Source: Flavobacteriaceae bacterium (lineage in GTDB: Bacteria; Bacteroidota; Bacteroidia; Flavobacteriales; Flavobacteriaceae). Taken from it: a DNA stretch of 64,000 bases. Below the pieces are notes generated by a model. It was not told where the DNA came from, did not search any database, and was given only the letters and a program-made list of their open reading frames with translations. Positions 29,394 to 40,159 of this stretch are shown here, piece by piece; position 1 is the stretch's first letter; each line of letters opens with the position of its first letter. The stretch spans positions 1,221,980 through 1,285,979 of the forward strand of contig OZ252001.1 in assembly GCA_965247215.1 (NCBI GenBank). Direction: 5' to 3'. The position numbers and the translations under genes are program-made.

Positions 29394-29762
29394 TCAACTA
29401 ATAAACTGGATCGTCATAAAATAACTTGGTACTTCCCCATTATTCGCTCGCACAGCATTTACAATTGGCATAATTAAAGCTACTATTCCAATAAATATAA
29501 GTGTAAGAATCCCGAGGCCCAATAATAAAATTGCAGAAATGCATAATAAACTAAACAGTAACACACTCAACTGAAAATTTACAATGGCTTTACCGTGTTC
29601 ATCCATGTCTTGTATCTTATCCTTCTGAGTTAGCCAAATTACTAATGGGACAACAAGTCCGCCAAAACCAGTGATATAAGTTAATAATTGTGAGAGGTGT
29701 GTAAATACTATTAATTGATTGTCTTTTCTGAGTGTTGTATGATTGATGACTTCCATGATCAC
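29394..29762 (-). CDS. DUF4870-like membrane protein
   Basis: 122 aa, 3 TM segments; HLSQLLTYITGFGGLVVPLVIWL motif. Confidence 0.6.
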   Translation of the reverse strand: MIMEVINHTTLRKDNQLIVFTHLSQLLTYITGFGGLVVPLVIWLTQKDKIQDMDEHGKAIVNFQLSVLLFSLLCISAILLLGLGILTLIFIGIVALIMPIVNAVRANNGEVPSYFMTIQFIS

Positions 29763-29835
29763 TGATCGATTTTTTTCTATTATATAGGTATCAAGTTTAT
29801 GTTGAATGTTACATTTTTAAATGGACTAGTTTTCC

Positions 29836-29873
29836 AGACCTACTAGGATTTAAAAACTTAGTAGGTCTTTTTT
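29836..29873 (+). terminator. orphan terminator-like hairpin upstream of mnmE
   Basis: 12-bp stem AGACCTACTAGG / CTTAGTAGGTCT with 9-nt loop followed by T5. Confidence 0.4.
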
Positions 29874-29896
29874 AGGAATTGTGTATTTTTGCAATC

Positions 29897-31270
29897 ATGA
29901 TTCATCAAGATACCATTGTAGCATTAGCAACACCTTCAGGAGTAGGTGCGATAGCTGTGATTCGCCTTTCTGGAGTTGAAGCAATTTCAATTGCTTCAGC
30001 GATGTTTCGATCTATATCTAATAAAACCCTCCAAAATCAAAAAACGCATACCGTTCATTTTGGGAATATCGTTGATGGAGATCGTATTATTGATGAAGTA
30101 TTGGCAACTATATTCAAAAATCCGAATTCTTATACGGGTGAGGATGTTATTGAGTTTTCTTGCCACGGGAGTGATTATATTCAACAAGAGATCATTCAGC
30201 TAGCGATAAGAAAAGGGTGTAGAATGGCAAACCCTGGAGAGTTTACTTTGCAAGCCTTTTTAAATGGTAAAATGGATCTGTGCCAGGCCGAAGCGGTGGT
30301 CGATCTAATTGCAAGCGATTCGAAAGCATCTCATCAATTAGCCATACAACAAATGCGAGGTGGCTTTTCTTCTGAAATAAAAAAATTAAGGGAGGAGCTT
30401 CTAAATTTTGCTTCTCTAATTGAGTTGGAATTGGATTTTTCTGAAGAAGATGTTGAATTCGCTAATCGGGATGATTTTCAAAAATTGATCACAAAGATTA
30501 CTTCTTTATTAAAAAAACTAATCGATTCGTTTGCAACAGGAAATGTATTAAAAAACGGAATTCCAGTTGCGATTATTGGACGTCCTAATTCTGGAAAATC
30601 AACTTTATTGAATTCCCTTTTAAATGAAGAGCGTGCCATAGTTAGTGAAATCGCTGGGACTACCAGAGATACCATTGAAGATGAAATAACTATTGGAGGG
30701 GTACGATTTCGATTTATTGATACCGCAGGCTTACGAGATACTAGCGATGAAATTGAAAAGATAGGTGTGGAACGCGCCTTAGAAAAATTAAAAAAATCTG
30801 CTATTTATATTTACTTATTTGATATAAATACAATGAGTATCGAAAAAGTTAAAAGAGAAATACAAGGGTTTTCCAGCTCAGCAAAACAAGTTATAGTTGC
30901 AAATAAAACAGATCTTACTACAAAAAAAAATGTACAATCTTTTAATGATTCTGATTTAGATGTATTATTTATTTCAGCAAAAGAAAAAGATAGTTTAGAC
31001 CAATTAAAAAATTACTTATTGGATCAAGTCGAAATAGACTCATTAAATTCAAATCAGTTAGTTATAACTAATTCAAGGCATTATGGGGTGTTACTTAAAG
31101 CGCTTGAAGAAATAGACAAAGTGCAAGAAGGTATCAATTCTAATTTAACTGAGGATCTATTGGCCATCGACCTGCGGCAGGCATTATACCATTTAGGGGA
31201 GATCACAGGACAGGTAAGCAATGATGATCTGTTGGGAAATATCTTTGCTAATTTTTGTATTGGAAAGTAA
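29897..31270 (+). CDS. mnmE: tRNA uridine-5-carboxymethylaminomethyl modification GTPase MnmE
   Basis: Start placed at ATG 29897 (MIHQDTIVALATP); GRPNSGKSTL G1 motif; C-terminal FCIGK. Confidence 0.95.
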   Translation: MIHQDTIVALATPSGVGAIAVIRLSGVEAISIASAMFRSISNKTLQNQKTHTVHFGNIVDGDRIIDEVLATIFKNPNSYTGEDVIEFSCHGSDYIQQEIIQLAIRKGCRMANPGEFTLQAFLNGKMDLCQAEAVVDLIASDSKASHQLAIQQMRGGFSSEIKKLREELLNFASLIELELDFSEEDVEFANRDDFQKLITKITSLLKKLIDSFATGNVLKNGIPVAIIGRPNSGKSTLLNSLLNEERAIVSEIAGTTRDTIEDEITIGGVRFRFIDTAGLRDTSDEIEKIGVERALEKLKKSAIYIYLFDINTMSIEKVKREIQGFSSSAKQVIVANKTDLTTKKNVQSFNDSDLDVLFISAKEKDSLDQLKNYLLDQVEIDSLNSNQLVITNSRHYGVLLKALEEIDKVQEGINSNLTEDLLAIDLRQALYHLGEITGQVSNDDLLGNIFANFCIGK

Positions 31271-31314
31271 CCTACTAAGAAAATAAAAAACCAACCATAA
31301 TGCAGTTTTTTTTA

Positions 31315-33684
31315 TTATCCAAAAATACGTTCTTTCAAACTTGGCTTTTCTTTAGAATAGGCATATCTATACTTATTCCCGTATCCAAAATTATTCATTG
31401 CAACCCCATTAAGTACTAGGGCTACATTCTTCAAGCTACCTTCTTTTACAGCCTCTTTAAGGAATTCCAATAATTTTTTATCAGTATAATTTGCTTTTAT
31501 CACGTATAAAGTTACATCTGCATATTTATTGATCAACAAGGTATCGGTAACCAACATAGCAGGTGCGGTATCCACAATTATATAATCGTATTTATGATTT
31601 AATTCTTCAAAAAAGGTTCCAACTCGTTCCTGCATTAAAAATTCTGCAGGGTTTGGAGGAATAGTACCAGAAAGAACTATATCGAGATTTTTAATATCAC
31701 TAGGTGCAATTACTTCATCGATCCCAATATCAGTTCTCATAATATACTCTGTCAATCCATGATGCTTTTCAAGATTCTTTGGTAAATATCTTTGCAATTT
31801 AGGATTTCGTATATCGGCTCCAACTAAAGCCACCTTTTTACCTGAAAAGGATATAGTAAGTGCTAAATTAAAAGCAACTAGTGTCTTTCCTTCCCCTTTT
31901 ATAGTTGAGGTAACAAATACTGTTTTATACTTGTTTATAGTTTTTTTATTAAAGAAAAAGAACTGCAAATTAGTCCTTAAAATTCGGAATGATTCAGCTA
32001 AAACACTCCTATCATTTATCCCCAATTTATAAACTGAATCTTTTTTGATCCTAGGAATCTCTCCAATTAAACTGAAATCTTTCAATTCTTTTTCAACATC
32101 TTTTCTATTTTCAACACTAGTGTTTAAAAGTTCACGAATGTAAATTACCAGAAAGGGAATAAGAAGGCCAATAAGTCCTGCCCCCAAAAATATTATATCT
32201 TTTTTAGGTGAAATAGGCTTACTAGAAGTAAATGCAGCATCTATAACTTTAGCTTTCAAAGTTGTAGATGCTAATTTTATGGATGCTTCTTCCTTTTGTT
32301 TTAAAAGAAAAATATAGAGTTGTTCTTTTATTTCCTGTTGCCGAACAATATCTCTAAATATTTTTTCTTGAGCTGGTACTTCAGATAAACGTGAATTAAA
32401 TCGATTTTCCTGGTCATTAAAACCTCTTAATGACACCTGAAGTCCATCTTTATAATTTTGTAAACTTATTATCAAATTAGATTTCAATTCATTTATATGA
32501 TCATCTATATTTATTATGATTGGGTTTTGTTCTGTAGAATTCCTTAATAATCGGTTTCTTTCTAATACCAACTGGTTATAGGTATTAATTGATGTTTCTA
32601 GCTCCTCCCCTTCAATTACAATATTAGAAGGTAATAATTGTATGGTTTCTGAGCTATTAAAATATTCCAACATAGATGACACCAGCTTTATTTGTGTTTG
32701 AAGGTCGATTTGTTTTGAATTAAATTCATTTACCCCTGCTAATACTAGTTGCGCCTCAGCATCTATATTCGTTAGTCTATTTTCAATTTTAAATATCTCT
32801 TTTCCACTTTCAACAGAGTCTAGGTCTCTTGTTATAATTTCAATCCTTTCATCTATAAAATTGGCTGTTTTCTGAGCAATCAGGTTTTGATCATAAGATG
32901 CACCCAAATTATATTGATTCACCAATTCATTTATAAAATCTTCTGCTTTTTCAACCTCAAAAGAGTTAATACCAATCGTTACGATATTACTAATCTGATC
33001 TTTATTTAAAATTTCTAATTGCTCCTGATATGCCAATGCAAGTTCTGTGGTTCCTGTGTATGAAATAATATAATTATTATCAATTATTGAAATTTTATTT
33101 TTATCGATATCGTCATTCGGGGTTATCATAAATTCAACAGTATCTAAGGATACTTTATCTCCATAATAATAATTCCCGATGATCTCGTCATTAATTGCTA
33201 ATTCATATTGATTTTCAGAGGTTATTTTAATTTGTAAACTTGGGATTTTTGAAGCATTTTCATTTATTCCAATTAATTTCAAATAAGTTATTTGAATGGG
33301 TGAATTTTCATACAACTCACTGGTTATAACTCGCCCTTCAGCTTCGTATTTAGTATTAAGATCTAAGTTTTCTATTGCAAGTGATATGATTCTTCTGGAA
33401 CGTAATGTTGCAAGTTCATTTTCTAATTTTCCCTTGTTATAGGGTTTAAAAATACTCATATTTGAAAAGTGAGCTAGATTATTGGAGAGTCCATTGTCAA
33501 TATTTTCTTTTATTAAAATAATAGCTTTGGTTTCGTAATTTGGTATGGTATATCGAAGATAGATAAAAGCAATTATCAGGGCAGTAATTAAACTAATCAC
33601 AAACCAAATCCATTTTCTAGTGTAAGGAGTTATTAACTCTTTAATTGAAGCTTCTTCCTTTATATTTAGTTGATCTTGACTCAT
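31315..33684 (-). CDS. wzc: polysaccharide co-polymerase / tyrosine autokinase (Wzc-like)
   Basis: 789 aa; Wzz/GumC-type N-terminal half, C-terminal P-loop TSTIKGEGKT. Confidence 0.85.
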   Translation of the reverse strand: MSQDQLNIKEEASIKELITPYTRKWIWFVISLITALIIAFIYLRYTIPNYETKAIILIKENIDNGLSNNLAHFSNMSIFKPYNKGKLENELATLRSRRIISLAIENLDLNTKYEAEGRVITSELYENSPIQITYLKLIGINENASKIPSLQIKITSENQYELAINDEIIGNYYYGDKVSLDTVEFMITPNDDIDKNKISIIDNNYIISYTGTTELALAYQEQLEILNKDQISNIVTIGINSFEVEKAEDFINELVNQYNLGASYDQNLIAQKTANFIDERIEIITRDLDSVESGKEIFKIENRLTNIDAEAQLVLAGVNEFNSKQIDLQTQIKLVSSMLEYFNSSETIQLLPSNIVIEGEELETSINTYNQLVLERNRLLRNSTEQNPIIINIDDHINELKSNLIISLQNYKDGLQVSLRGFNDQENRFNSRLSEVPAQEKIFRDIVRQQEIKEQLYIFLLKQKEEASIKLASTTLKAKVIDAAFTSSKPISPKKDIIFLGAGLIGLLIPFLVIYIRELLNTSVENRKDVEKELKDFSLIGEIPRIKKDSVYKLGINDRSVLAESFRILRTNLQFFFFNKKTINKYKTVFVTSTIKGEGKTLVAFNLALTISFSGKKVALVGADIRNPKLQRYLPKNLEKHHGLTEYIMRTDIGIDEVIAPSDIKNLDIVLSGTIPPNPAEFLMQERVGTFFEELNHKYDYIIVDTAPAMLVTDTLLINKYADVTLYVIKANYTDKKLLEFLKEAVKEGSLKNVALVLNGVAMNNFGYGNKYRYAYSKEKPSLKERIFG

Positions 33685-33688
33685 CGCT

Positions 33689-34480
33689 TCAATTTATATT
33701 TGTGATTAAAATAATTGAACTCAATAAAACAGTAACGATTGATAATACTGATGCAATATCTGAAATATAACCAGATTTTGAAACTCCTTTACCAGAAGGT
33801 TCAGCATATATCAAATCATTTTGTTTCAAATAAAAAAAAGGACTGTTATAAAATTCTGTATTTGTGATATCTATTCTGGCAACTTTTTGAATCCCATTTT
33901 CCTCACGAATTACAGATATTGTTTTTCTTTTGCCATCTACCGTTAGGTCTCCTGCCATAGCTATCGCTTCAGGTAGTGTTACACGTTCATCTTCAATTGT
34001 ATATACACCTGGCTTATTTACTTCTCCTAAAACAGTAACTTTAAAATTTATAATACGAATATCAACAACGATATCTTTAATATAATTAAGTAGTTTGTTT
34101 TTTAGGATGTTTTTTACATAATCTCGTGTATGACCAGCAACTTCAATTTCACCAAGAACAGGGAAATTAATTAATCCATTAATATTAACAAGGTAACCAT
34201 CCAAACCAGTATTCGTATTATTTGTTTGTTGTATTTGTGGATCTTTCTTCAAAAAGGGTCTTAATAATTCATTATTGATAGATGATAATGATATATGTAG
34301 GATGTCGTTTATTTCGATTACTGGATCAAACGAATGATTAATATTTTCTAAATTCAAATTTTCAGAATCCTGAAAATAATAGATGTCTTTTTTTGAAGCA
34401 CAAGAGAGTATTGCTAAACTAATAAAAAGCAATACTATTATTTTATTTACCTGGTATTTATTTATTAATAAATGAATCAT
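33689..34480 (-). CDS. wza: polysaccharide export outer-membrane protein (Wza-like)
   Basis: 263 aa, lipoprotein-like signal, Poly_export/SLBB pattern. Confidence 0.85.
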   Translation of the reverse strand: MIHLLINKYQVNKIIVLLFISLAILSCASKKDIYYFQDSENLNLENINHSFDPVIEINDILHISLSSINNELLRPFLKKDPQIQQTNNTNTGLDGYLVNINGLINFPVLGEIEVAGHTRDYVKNILKNKLLNYIKDIVVDIRIINFKVTVLGEVNKPGVYTIEDERVTLPEAIAMAGDLTVDGKRKTISVIREENGIQKVARIDITNTEFYNSPFFYLKQNDLIYAEPSGKGVSKSGYISDIASVLSIVTVLLSSIILITNIN

Positions 34481-34588
34481 ATCCTTTAATGCTAGAAAAT
34501 AACTGGTTTATAAATGTGATAAATCGTTCTATAAATAAAAGCAAAAATCTTTGTAATAACTAAACTATTTTTTAATACTTATAAATTT

Positions 34589-36538
34589 TTATTCAGAATT
34601 TGTTAATTTATCAAGTGCTTCATAAGGAGAATTTTCACTGATAAATTCTGGAACTAAATCTTTTAATAAACGTACTACTTCCAATTTTTTATGGTTGGTA
34701 GCTGTACTAATAATAATATCTATTTTTTCTTTTATAACATCATAATTGCCTGCCAAATCTCTACTAATCATAATCTTTGGATGATGTGTAGGTTGTGTTT
34801 TAGAAGTATCGTTTAAAAGTTCTTCATATAATTTTTCTCCAGACCTGAGTCCAGTTAATTTTATATCAATATCTTTATAGGGTTGCATTCCACTAAGTCG
34901 TATTATTCGTTCAGCAAGTTCTATAATTTTAACAGGATCACCCATATCAAAAACATAGATTTCACCACCATTACCCATAGTTCCAGCCTGTAAAACTAAT
35001 TGACAAGCTTCTGAGATAACCATAAAATAACGCATAATATCTTTGTGAGTTACGGTAACAGGGCCTCCCTGTAAGATTTGTTTTCTGAAATGTGGAATTA
35101 CAGAGCCACTAGACCCCAACACATTTCCAAAACGGGTTGTAATAAAACTTGTAACTATTCCTTTCTCTTTTTGAAGGGATTGGACATACATTTCTGAAGC
35201 CCTTTTTGTAGCCCCCATGACATTGGTAGGGTTTACAGCCTTATCTGTTGAAATTAACACAAACTTTTTAATTTTATTTTCAATGGATAAAATTGCAAGA
35301 TTCACTGTTCCAAGTATATTTACAAAAACTGCTCCATGTGGATTACGTTCAATTAACGGAACATGTTTATAGGCAGCAGCATGATAAATAATATCGAAAT
35401 TATAATTTGAAAACAATACACGTAAGCGATTCATATTGCTAATATTAGCAAGTTCAATCACAAAATTTAAATCTTGATAATTCAAATTAAGGAACATTTC
35501 TAAATCGTGTAAATTCGATTCTGCTTGATCTAAAATTACGACTAACTTTGGATTGAAATCTGCTATTTGCTTCACCAATTCACTTCCTATAGATCCAGCA
35601 CCCCCAGTTATTAAAATTGTTTTATTCTCTAAATCATTTTTAATTAATTCTTTTTCAATTTCTATAGGCTCTCTATTTAATAAATCTTCAATTTGTATTG
35701 GCTTTATATTGTTTTTAATGTCTTCCATAGAGTTCCATGTTTCTAATATTGGGATATTATAAATCTCTAGTTTATTGCGCAAACATTGTTCTACTATCTT
35801 ATTTTTTTCTTTTCCTGAAAAGGACTGACTTATGATAAGAACTCCATCTATATTAAGCTCTGATAATGTTTCTGATAAACTATTTTCAACAGGAATAACA
35901 TATTTTCCTAGAATTTTGTATCCCTTTGTATTTAAGTTGAGGTCTAAAAAACCTTCTAAATGAAAAGGTAAATTAAATTCTGTAGTTAGCGCTTTTCCAA
36001 GGGAAATAGAATGATCGTCTACACCAATAATCACTACTTTTTTCGCTAAACTCACAATTGTAGCACTCTTCAAAAACTGATAACTTTCTTTTACAAATAT
36101 TCTAAACAAAAACAAACTTGTAAAAGACATTAGCATAAATAATAATAATGTTGTAGTAATAAATATTCTTTCTCCTGCGATAAAAACATATAAATAATTG
36201 ATAATTATTAAGGTGAAAACTGTTGAAAAAAAGGATATTGCTATTTTTAAAATATCTGTAAAAGTAGAATGCCTAATAATTCCAGAGTATGTTTTAAATA
36301 TATAAAAGTAAAAAATTGTTATGCTTATAATACTTATTGCTTGAAGCTCTAAAGAAATTAGATTTGGGAATCGTATGGGAATATCTTTGAGGATTATATA
36401 AACTAAAAAAAGGGATAGAATGCTTAATAATGTATCGATTATTAAAACGATCCAACGTGGAAGGTATTTTTGATCTAATAGTTTTAAACTATTGTCTCCT
36501 GAATAGATTCTATTAAAATAATTCTTTGGATATTCCAC
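34589..36538 (-). CDS. membrane-bound UDP-sugar 4,6-dehydratase (CapD/PglF-like)
   Basis: 649 aa; 4 N-terminal TMs, Rossmann ITGGAGSIGSEL. Confidence 0.85.
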   Translation of the reverse strand: MEYPKNYFNRIYSGDNSLKLLDQKYLPRWIVLIIDTLLSILSLFLVYIILKDIPIRFPNLISLELQAISIISITIFYFYIFKTYSGIIRHSTFTDILKIAISFFSTVFTLIIINYLYVFIAGERIFITTTLLLFMLMSFTSLFLFRIFVKESYQFLKSATIVSLAKKVVIIGVDDHSISLGKALTTEFNLPFHLEGFLDLNLNTKGYKILGKYVIPVENSLSETLSELNIDGVLIISQSFSGKEKNKIVEQCLRNKLEIYNIPILETWNSMEDIKNNIKPIQIEDLLNREPIEIEKELIKNDLENKTILITGGAGSIGSELVKQIADFNPKLVVILDQAESNLHDLEMFLNLNYQDLNFVIELANISNMNRLRVLFSNYNFDIIYHAAAYKHVPLIERNPHGAVFVNILGTVNLAILSIENKIKKFVLISTDKAVNPTNVMGATKRASEMYVQSLQKEKGIVTSFITTRFGNVLGSSGSVIPHFRKQILQGGPVTVTHKDIMRYFMVISEACQLVLQAGTMGNGGEIYVFDMGDPVKIIELAERIIRLSGMQPYKDIDIKLTGLRSGEKLYEELLNDTSKTQPTHHPKIMISRDLAGNYDVIKEKIDIIISTATNHKKLEVVRLLKDLVPEFISENSPYEALDKLTNSE

Positions 36539-36572
36539 CTTAATTGCTTTCTATTTCAAATATAGGTATATC

Positions 36573-37703
36573 CTATATTAATTTAGTGATAACCTCTTTA
36601 ATTCTCAATTTTTCATTGTTTGCTAAATTTGACCCTGAAGGCAAACATAATCCCGAATCAAACAACTCCTCAGCATTGGCAACTCCATAATAAGGGACCC
36701 CATTAAAAATAGGCTGTAAGTGCATTGGTTTCCATAAAGGTCTTGCTTCAATGTTTTCATTTTGAAATGCCATTTTCAATGTTTCTCTATTAAATTTTGA
36801 TTGGTCTTTATCGAATAAAATACAACTTAACCAATGATTAGAATGATAGTCTTTTGAAGGTTCGGAAAAGACAGAAATACTTTCTGATTCAGAAAATATA
36901 TCTTTATAAAACTGATTCATTTCTCTACGCAAGGCAACATGTTTATTTAATACCTCCATTTGACCCCTACCGATTCCAGCACTGATATTACTAAGTCGAT
37001 AATTATATCCAATCTTAGAATGTTGGTAATGTGGGGCTTCATCTCTTGCTTGGGTTGCTAAAAAAATAGCCTCTTTTTTATTCCTTTTATTTTTTGAAAC
37101 TAAAGCTCCCCCTCCAGATGTTGTAATTATTTTATTTCCATTAAAAGAAAGAATAGCCAAATCCCCAAAAGTACCACAGGTCTGATTTTTATAAGTAGAC
37201 CCCAATGCTTCAGCACTATCTTCAATAATTGGAATCTCATATTTTTTTGAAATGTTCAAAATATCATCCACGTTAAAAGGCATTCCATATAAATGCACCG
37301 CAATAATAGCTTTCGGTTTCTTTCCTTTTGAAATACGATCTTTTATTGCTTCTTCTAGATGTATAGGTGACATATTCCAGGTATCCAATTCACTATCTAC
37401 AAATATGGGAGTAGCACCCTGATATACAATAGGATTTGCTGAAGCGGAAAAAGTTAAACTCTGACAAATAACTTCATCGCCATGTGTTACCCCTAAAAGA
37501 ATCAATGCTAAATGCAAAGCAGCAGTTCCGGAACTTAGTGCGGCTACGTGATTTCCTTCTCCCAGATAATTTTCGAGCGACTCTTCAAATCCGCTAACAT
37601 TAGGTCCTAAAGGAGCTACCCAGTTAGAATCAAAAGCTTCTTTTACGAAGTTTTGTTCTGTTCCTCCCATATGAGGTGATGATAAATATATTCTAGATTT
37701 CAT
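36573..37703 (-). CDS. DegT/DnrJ/EryC1 family sugar aminotransferase (PglE-like)
   Basis: 376 aa; PLP-Lys region SFNGNKIITT. Confidence 0.85.
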   Translation of the reverse strand: MKSRIYLSSPHMGGTEQNFVKEAFDSNWVAPLGPNVSGFEESLENYLGEGNHVAALSSGTAALHLALILLGVTHGDEVICQSLTFSASANPIVYQGATPIFVDSELDTWNMSPIHLEEAIKDRISKGKKPKAIIAVHLYGMPFNVDDILNISKKYEIPIIEDSAEALGSTYKNQTCGTFGDLAILSFNGNKIITTSGGGALVSKNKRNKKEAIFLATQARDEAPHYQHSKIGYNYRLSNISAGIGRGQMEVLNKHVALRREMNQFYKDIFSESESISVFSEPSKDYHSNHWLSCILFDKDQSKFNRETLKMAFQNENIEARPLWKPMHLQPIFNGVPYYGVANAEELFDSGLCLPSGSNLANNEKLRIKEVITKLI

Positions 37704-38314
37704 TTATTGGAATTGTAATTAACAATTTTACTAGGGTTTCCAAAAATAATAGCAAAATCAGGAACATCCTTTGTAATAACAGCACCTGCTCCAATGGTAA
37801 CCCATTTTCCTATAGTAACCTCTGGTAATACTACACTTCCTGCTCTTAAAAGTGTCCCCTCTCCTATTTTCACACCTCCAGCAATAGTTACATTAATAGC
37901 GATATGAACAAAATCTGATGCAATTACATTATGAGAAACAGTTGCATTATTATTTACAATACAAAAATTACCAATAATACTTTCTGCATCTAAAACTGCA
38001 TTTGGATGGATTAATGTTCCTATACCAATAGTGGCTGAGGGATAAATTACCGCAGAAGGATGTTGGAAAGCAGAAAAAATTACATCAAATTCCTTTGCAA
38101 TTTTTTTTCTGTTAGCATTGTTTCCTATTGTAATACACATTGAATCTGATAATAAATCTTCAGCAGTATAGTTTTTTACTGGCACATTCAAAATGGATTC
38201 ATATTGAGGGTTATCATCATATATTACGGTTGGTCTGTATTTGTCTAGGCTTCTTATTAATTCTATCGCAGCAAAACAATGTCCTCCTGCACCATATAAA
38301 CTTATGTCTTTCAT
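37700..38314 (-). CDS. hexapeptide-repeat sugar N-acetyltransferase (PglD/NeuD-like)
   Basis: 204 aa; N-terminal Rossmann-like GAGGH, C-terminal left-handed beta-helix repeats. Confidence 0.8.
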   Translation of the reverse strand: MKDISLYGAGGHCFAAIELIRSLDKYRPTVIYDDNPQYESILNVPVKNYTAEDLLSDSMCITIGNNANRKKIAKEFDVIFSAFQHPSAVIYPSATIGIGTLIHPNAVLDAESIIGNFCIVNNNATVSHNVIASDFVHIAINVTIAGGVKIGEGTLLRAGSVVLPEVTIGKWVTIGAGAVITKDVPDFAIIFGNPSKIVNYNSNK

Positions 38315-38937
38315 ACTATATTATTTCCTTTGAAACGATGCGTAGTAGCTTCATTTTCAGTATTAATATCTTTTTTTAAAAATACTTTTTTTACGTTTTG
38401 CACCCAAATTTTAAAATCTAATATAAAGCATCTGTTGTGGACATAATAAACATCGAGCTTAAATTTTTCAGACCAACTTATATTATTTCTACCATTTACC
38501 TGTGCCCATCCTGTAATACCAGGTTTCACTAAATGTCGCTGTTTTTGAAAATCGTCATATAACGATAAATATTCAGGTAATAAGGGTCTCGGTCCAATAA
38601 AACTCATATCGTTTTTAAATACATTTATCAATTGAGGAATTTCATCTAAGGATGTTTTTCGAATAAAATTTCCTAGTCGTGTTAAGCGTTCAGAATCTGA
38701 CAATAAGTTGCCCTGAGCATCACGCTTATTATTCATAGTTTTAAATTTAATAATGGTAAATATTTTTTCATTTTTTCCAGGCCGTTGCTGAAGAAAAAAT
38801 GGATTAGTACCAGTCGATAGAAATATTAATATTGAAAGTAAGAAAAATACAGGCAACAAAAGTAACAGGGCTACTCCTGAGATAAGAAAGTCTAAAAAGG
38901 GCTTCAATATGTTATTGTACATAAGGTAAATATACAA
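38311..38937 (-). CDS. undecaprenyl-phosphate sugar phosphotransferase (PglC-like small PGT)
   Basis: 208 aa; single N-terminal TM; DEIPQL and GPRP motifs. Confidence 0.85.
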   Translation of the reverse strand: MYIYLMYNNILKPFLDFLISGVALLLLLPVFFLLSILIFLSTGTNPFFLQQRPGKNEKIFTIIKFKTMNNKRDAQGNLLSDSERLTRLGNFIRKTSLDEIPQLINVFKNDMSFIGPRPLLPEYLSLYDDFQKQRHLVKPGITGWAQVNGRNNISWSEKFKLDVYYVHNRCFILDFKIWVQNVKKVFLKKDINTENEATTHRFKGNNIV

Positions 38938-38989
38938 ATTCCGTCCTGATAGTTTTGAGTTTCTAGAATCGATTTATGAACGATGAGTC

Positions 38990-40159
38990 TTAATAATTAT
39001 TTGCAAGTTGTTGGTATTCATTTAAGATTGCTCTCCAAATATATTTTTGTTCATATCTCGACACGATCATTTCCCTGCTATTCGCTGAATATTCACTTAA
39101 TTGTTTTCGATCTAATAAACAATCTTTCATGCTTTTTAAGAGAGCACCCTCATCTTTTAATGGGATAATTATACCGTTCTTTTTATCCTGAATAATCTCA
39201 TTACTACCGTTAATATTGCTTACAATACAAGGCAATTCCATAGCTCCAGCCTGCATCACTACATTTGGGAATCCTTCTCTATAACTAGGAAAAACTAGTA
39301 CATTACTAAGGGCGTAATAAACACGAACATCTTCCTGATAACCAGTTGTTATAATTTTTTTATTATTTTTAATTGTTTCTTTTGAAAAATCTGAAATAGG
39401 GTCCAATTCATCCTCGAATGCACCTACCAATAATAGGCTTAGCTCATGTATATTATTTAAATCTGATTGCAAGGTATTAAATGCGGCTATTAATTCGTTA
39501 ATTCCCTTGTCTTTAACTATTCTTCCCACAAAAATAAATACAAAATCATCTTTTGGTATAATTAATTCCTGTCGTTTAAATTGAAGTTCTTCATCAGAAA
39601 AATGAGCTCTAGAAAAATAATGGATGTCGATTCCATTGCTGCTTCCTTTACCAATAATTTTTAGTTTAGTTTCTGAAGAAAAAGAATGCTCCAAAATTAT
39701 ATCTTTTAATCCCTGTGAATTTGGGTACACATGGGTTGCAAATTTATAGGTTAATTTTTCCACTGTATTTAAGACAAACCTTTTAAAACCTTTCGCTTCT
39801 AATAATGGTAATCCAGCTACAGTATGCAATCGGTAAGGTACCCTTGCCAAATAAGCGGCCATCATTCCAATAATTCCAGCTTTGGGGGTATGGCTATGAA
39901 CAAATGTAGGCTGTTCTTTTTTTAAAAATCGATATAAGGATAATAATGCTTTTAAATCAAGGAACGGAGAAATTGTTCTTGTCAGGTTCAGATGAAATGT
40001 AGAGACTCCTTCTTTTTCACCATATGCTTTTAAGCGTTTTTCATCTGATGCTATTGCGGTTACTTCATAATATTGCTGCATATACTTAAGCTGTCCCTCA
40101 AGCAGTTTTTCTAGAGAAATTGGTACTGTTGTTAATCGTATCAATTTTAACTTTCGCAT
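38990..40159 (-). CDS. glycosyltransferase family 4
   Basis: 389 aa; C-terminal EGFPNVVMQAGAMELP (E-x7-E-like) motif. Confidence 0.8.
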   Translation of the reverse strand: MRKLKLIRLTTVPISLEKLLEGQLKYMQQYYEVTAIASDEKRLKAYGEKEGVSTFHLNLTRTISPFLDLKALLSLYRFLKKEQPTFVHSHTPKAGIIGMMAAYLARVPYRLHTVAGLPLLEAKGFKRFVLNTVEKLTYKFATHVYPNSQGLKDIILEHSFSSETKLKIIGKGSSNGIDIHYFSRAHFSDEELQFKRQELIIPKDDFVFIFVGRIVKDKGINELIAAFNTLQSDLNNIHELSLLLVGAFEDELDPISDFSKETIKNNKKIITTGYQEDVRVYYALSNVLVFPSYREGFPNVVMQAGAMELPCIVSNINGSNEIIQDKKNGIIIPLKDEGALLKSMKDCLLDRKQLSEYSANSREMIVSRYEQKYIWRAILNEYQQLANNY

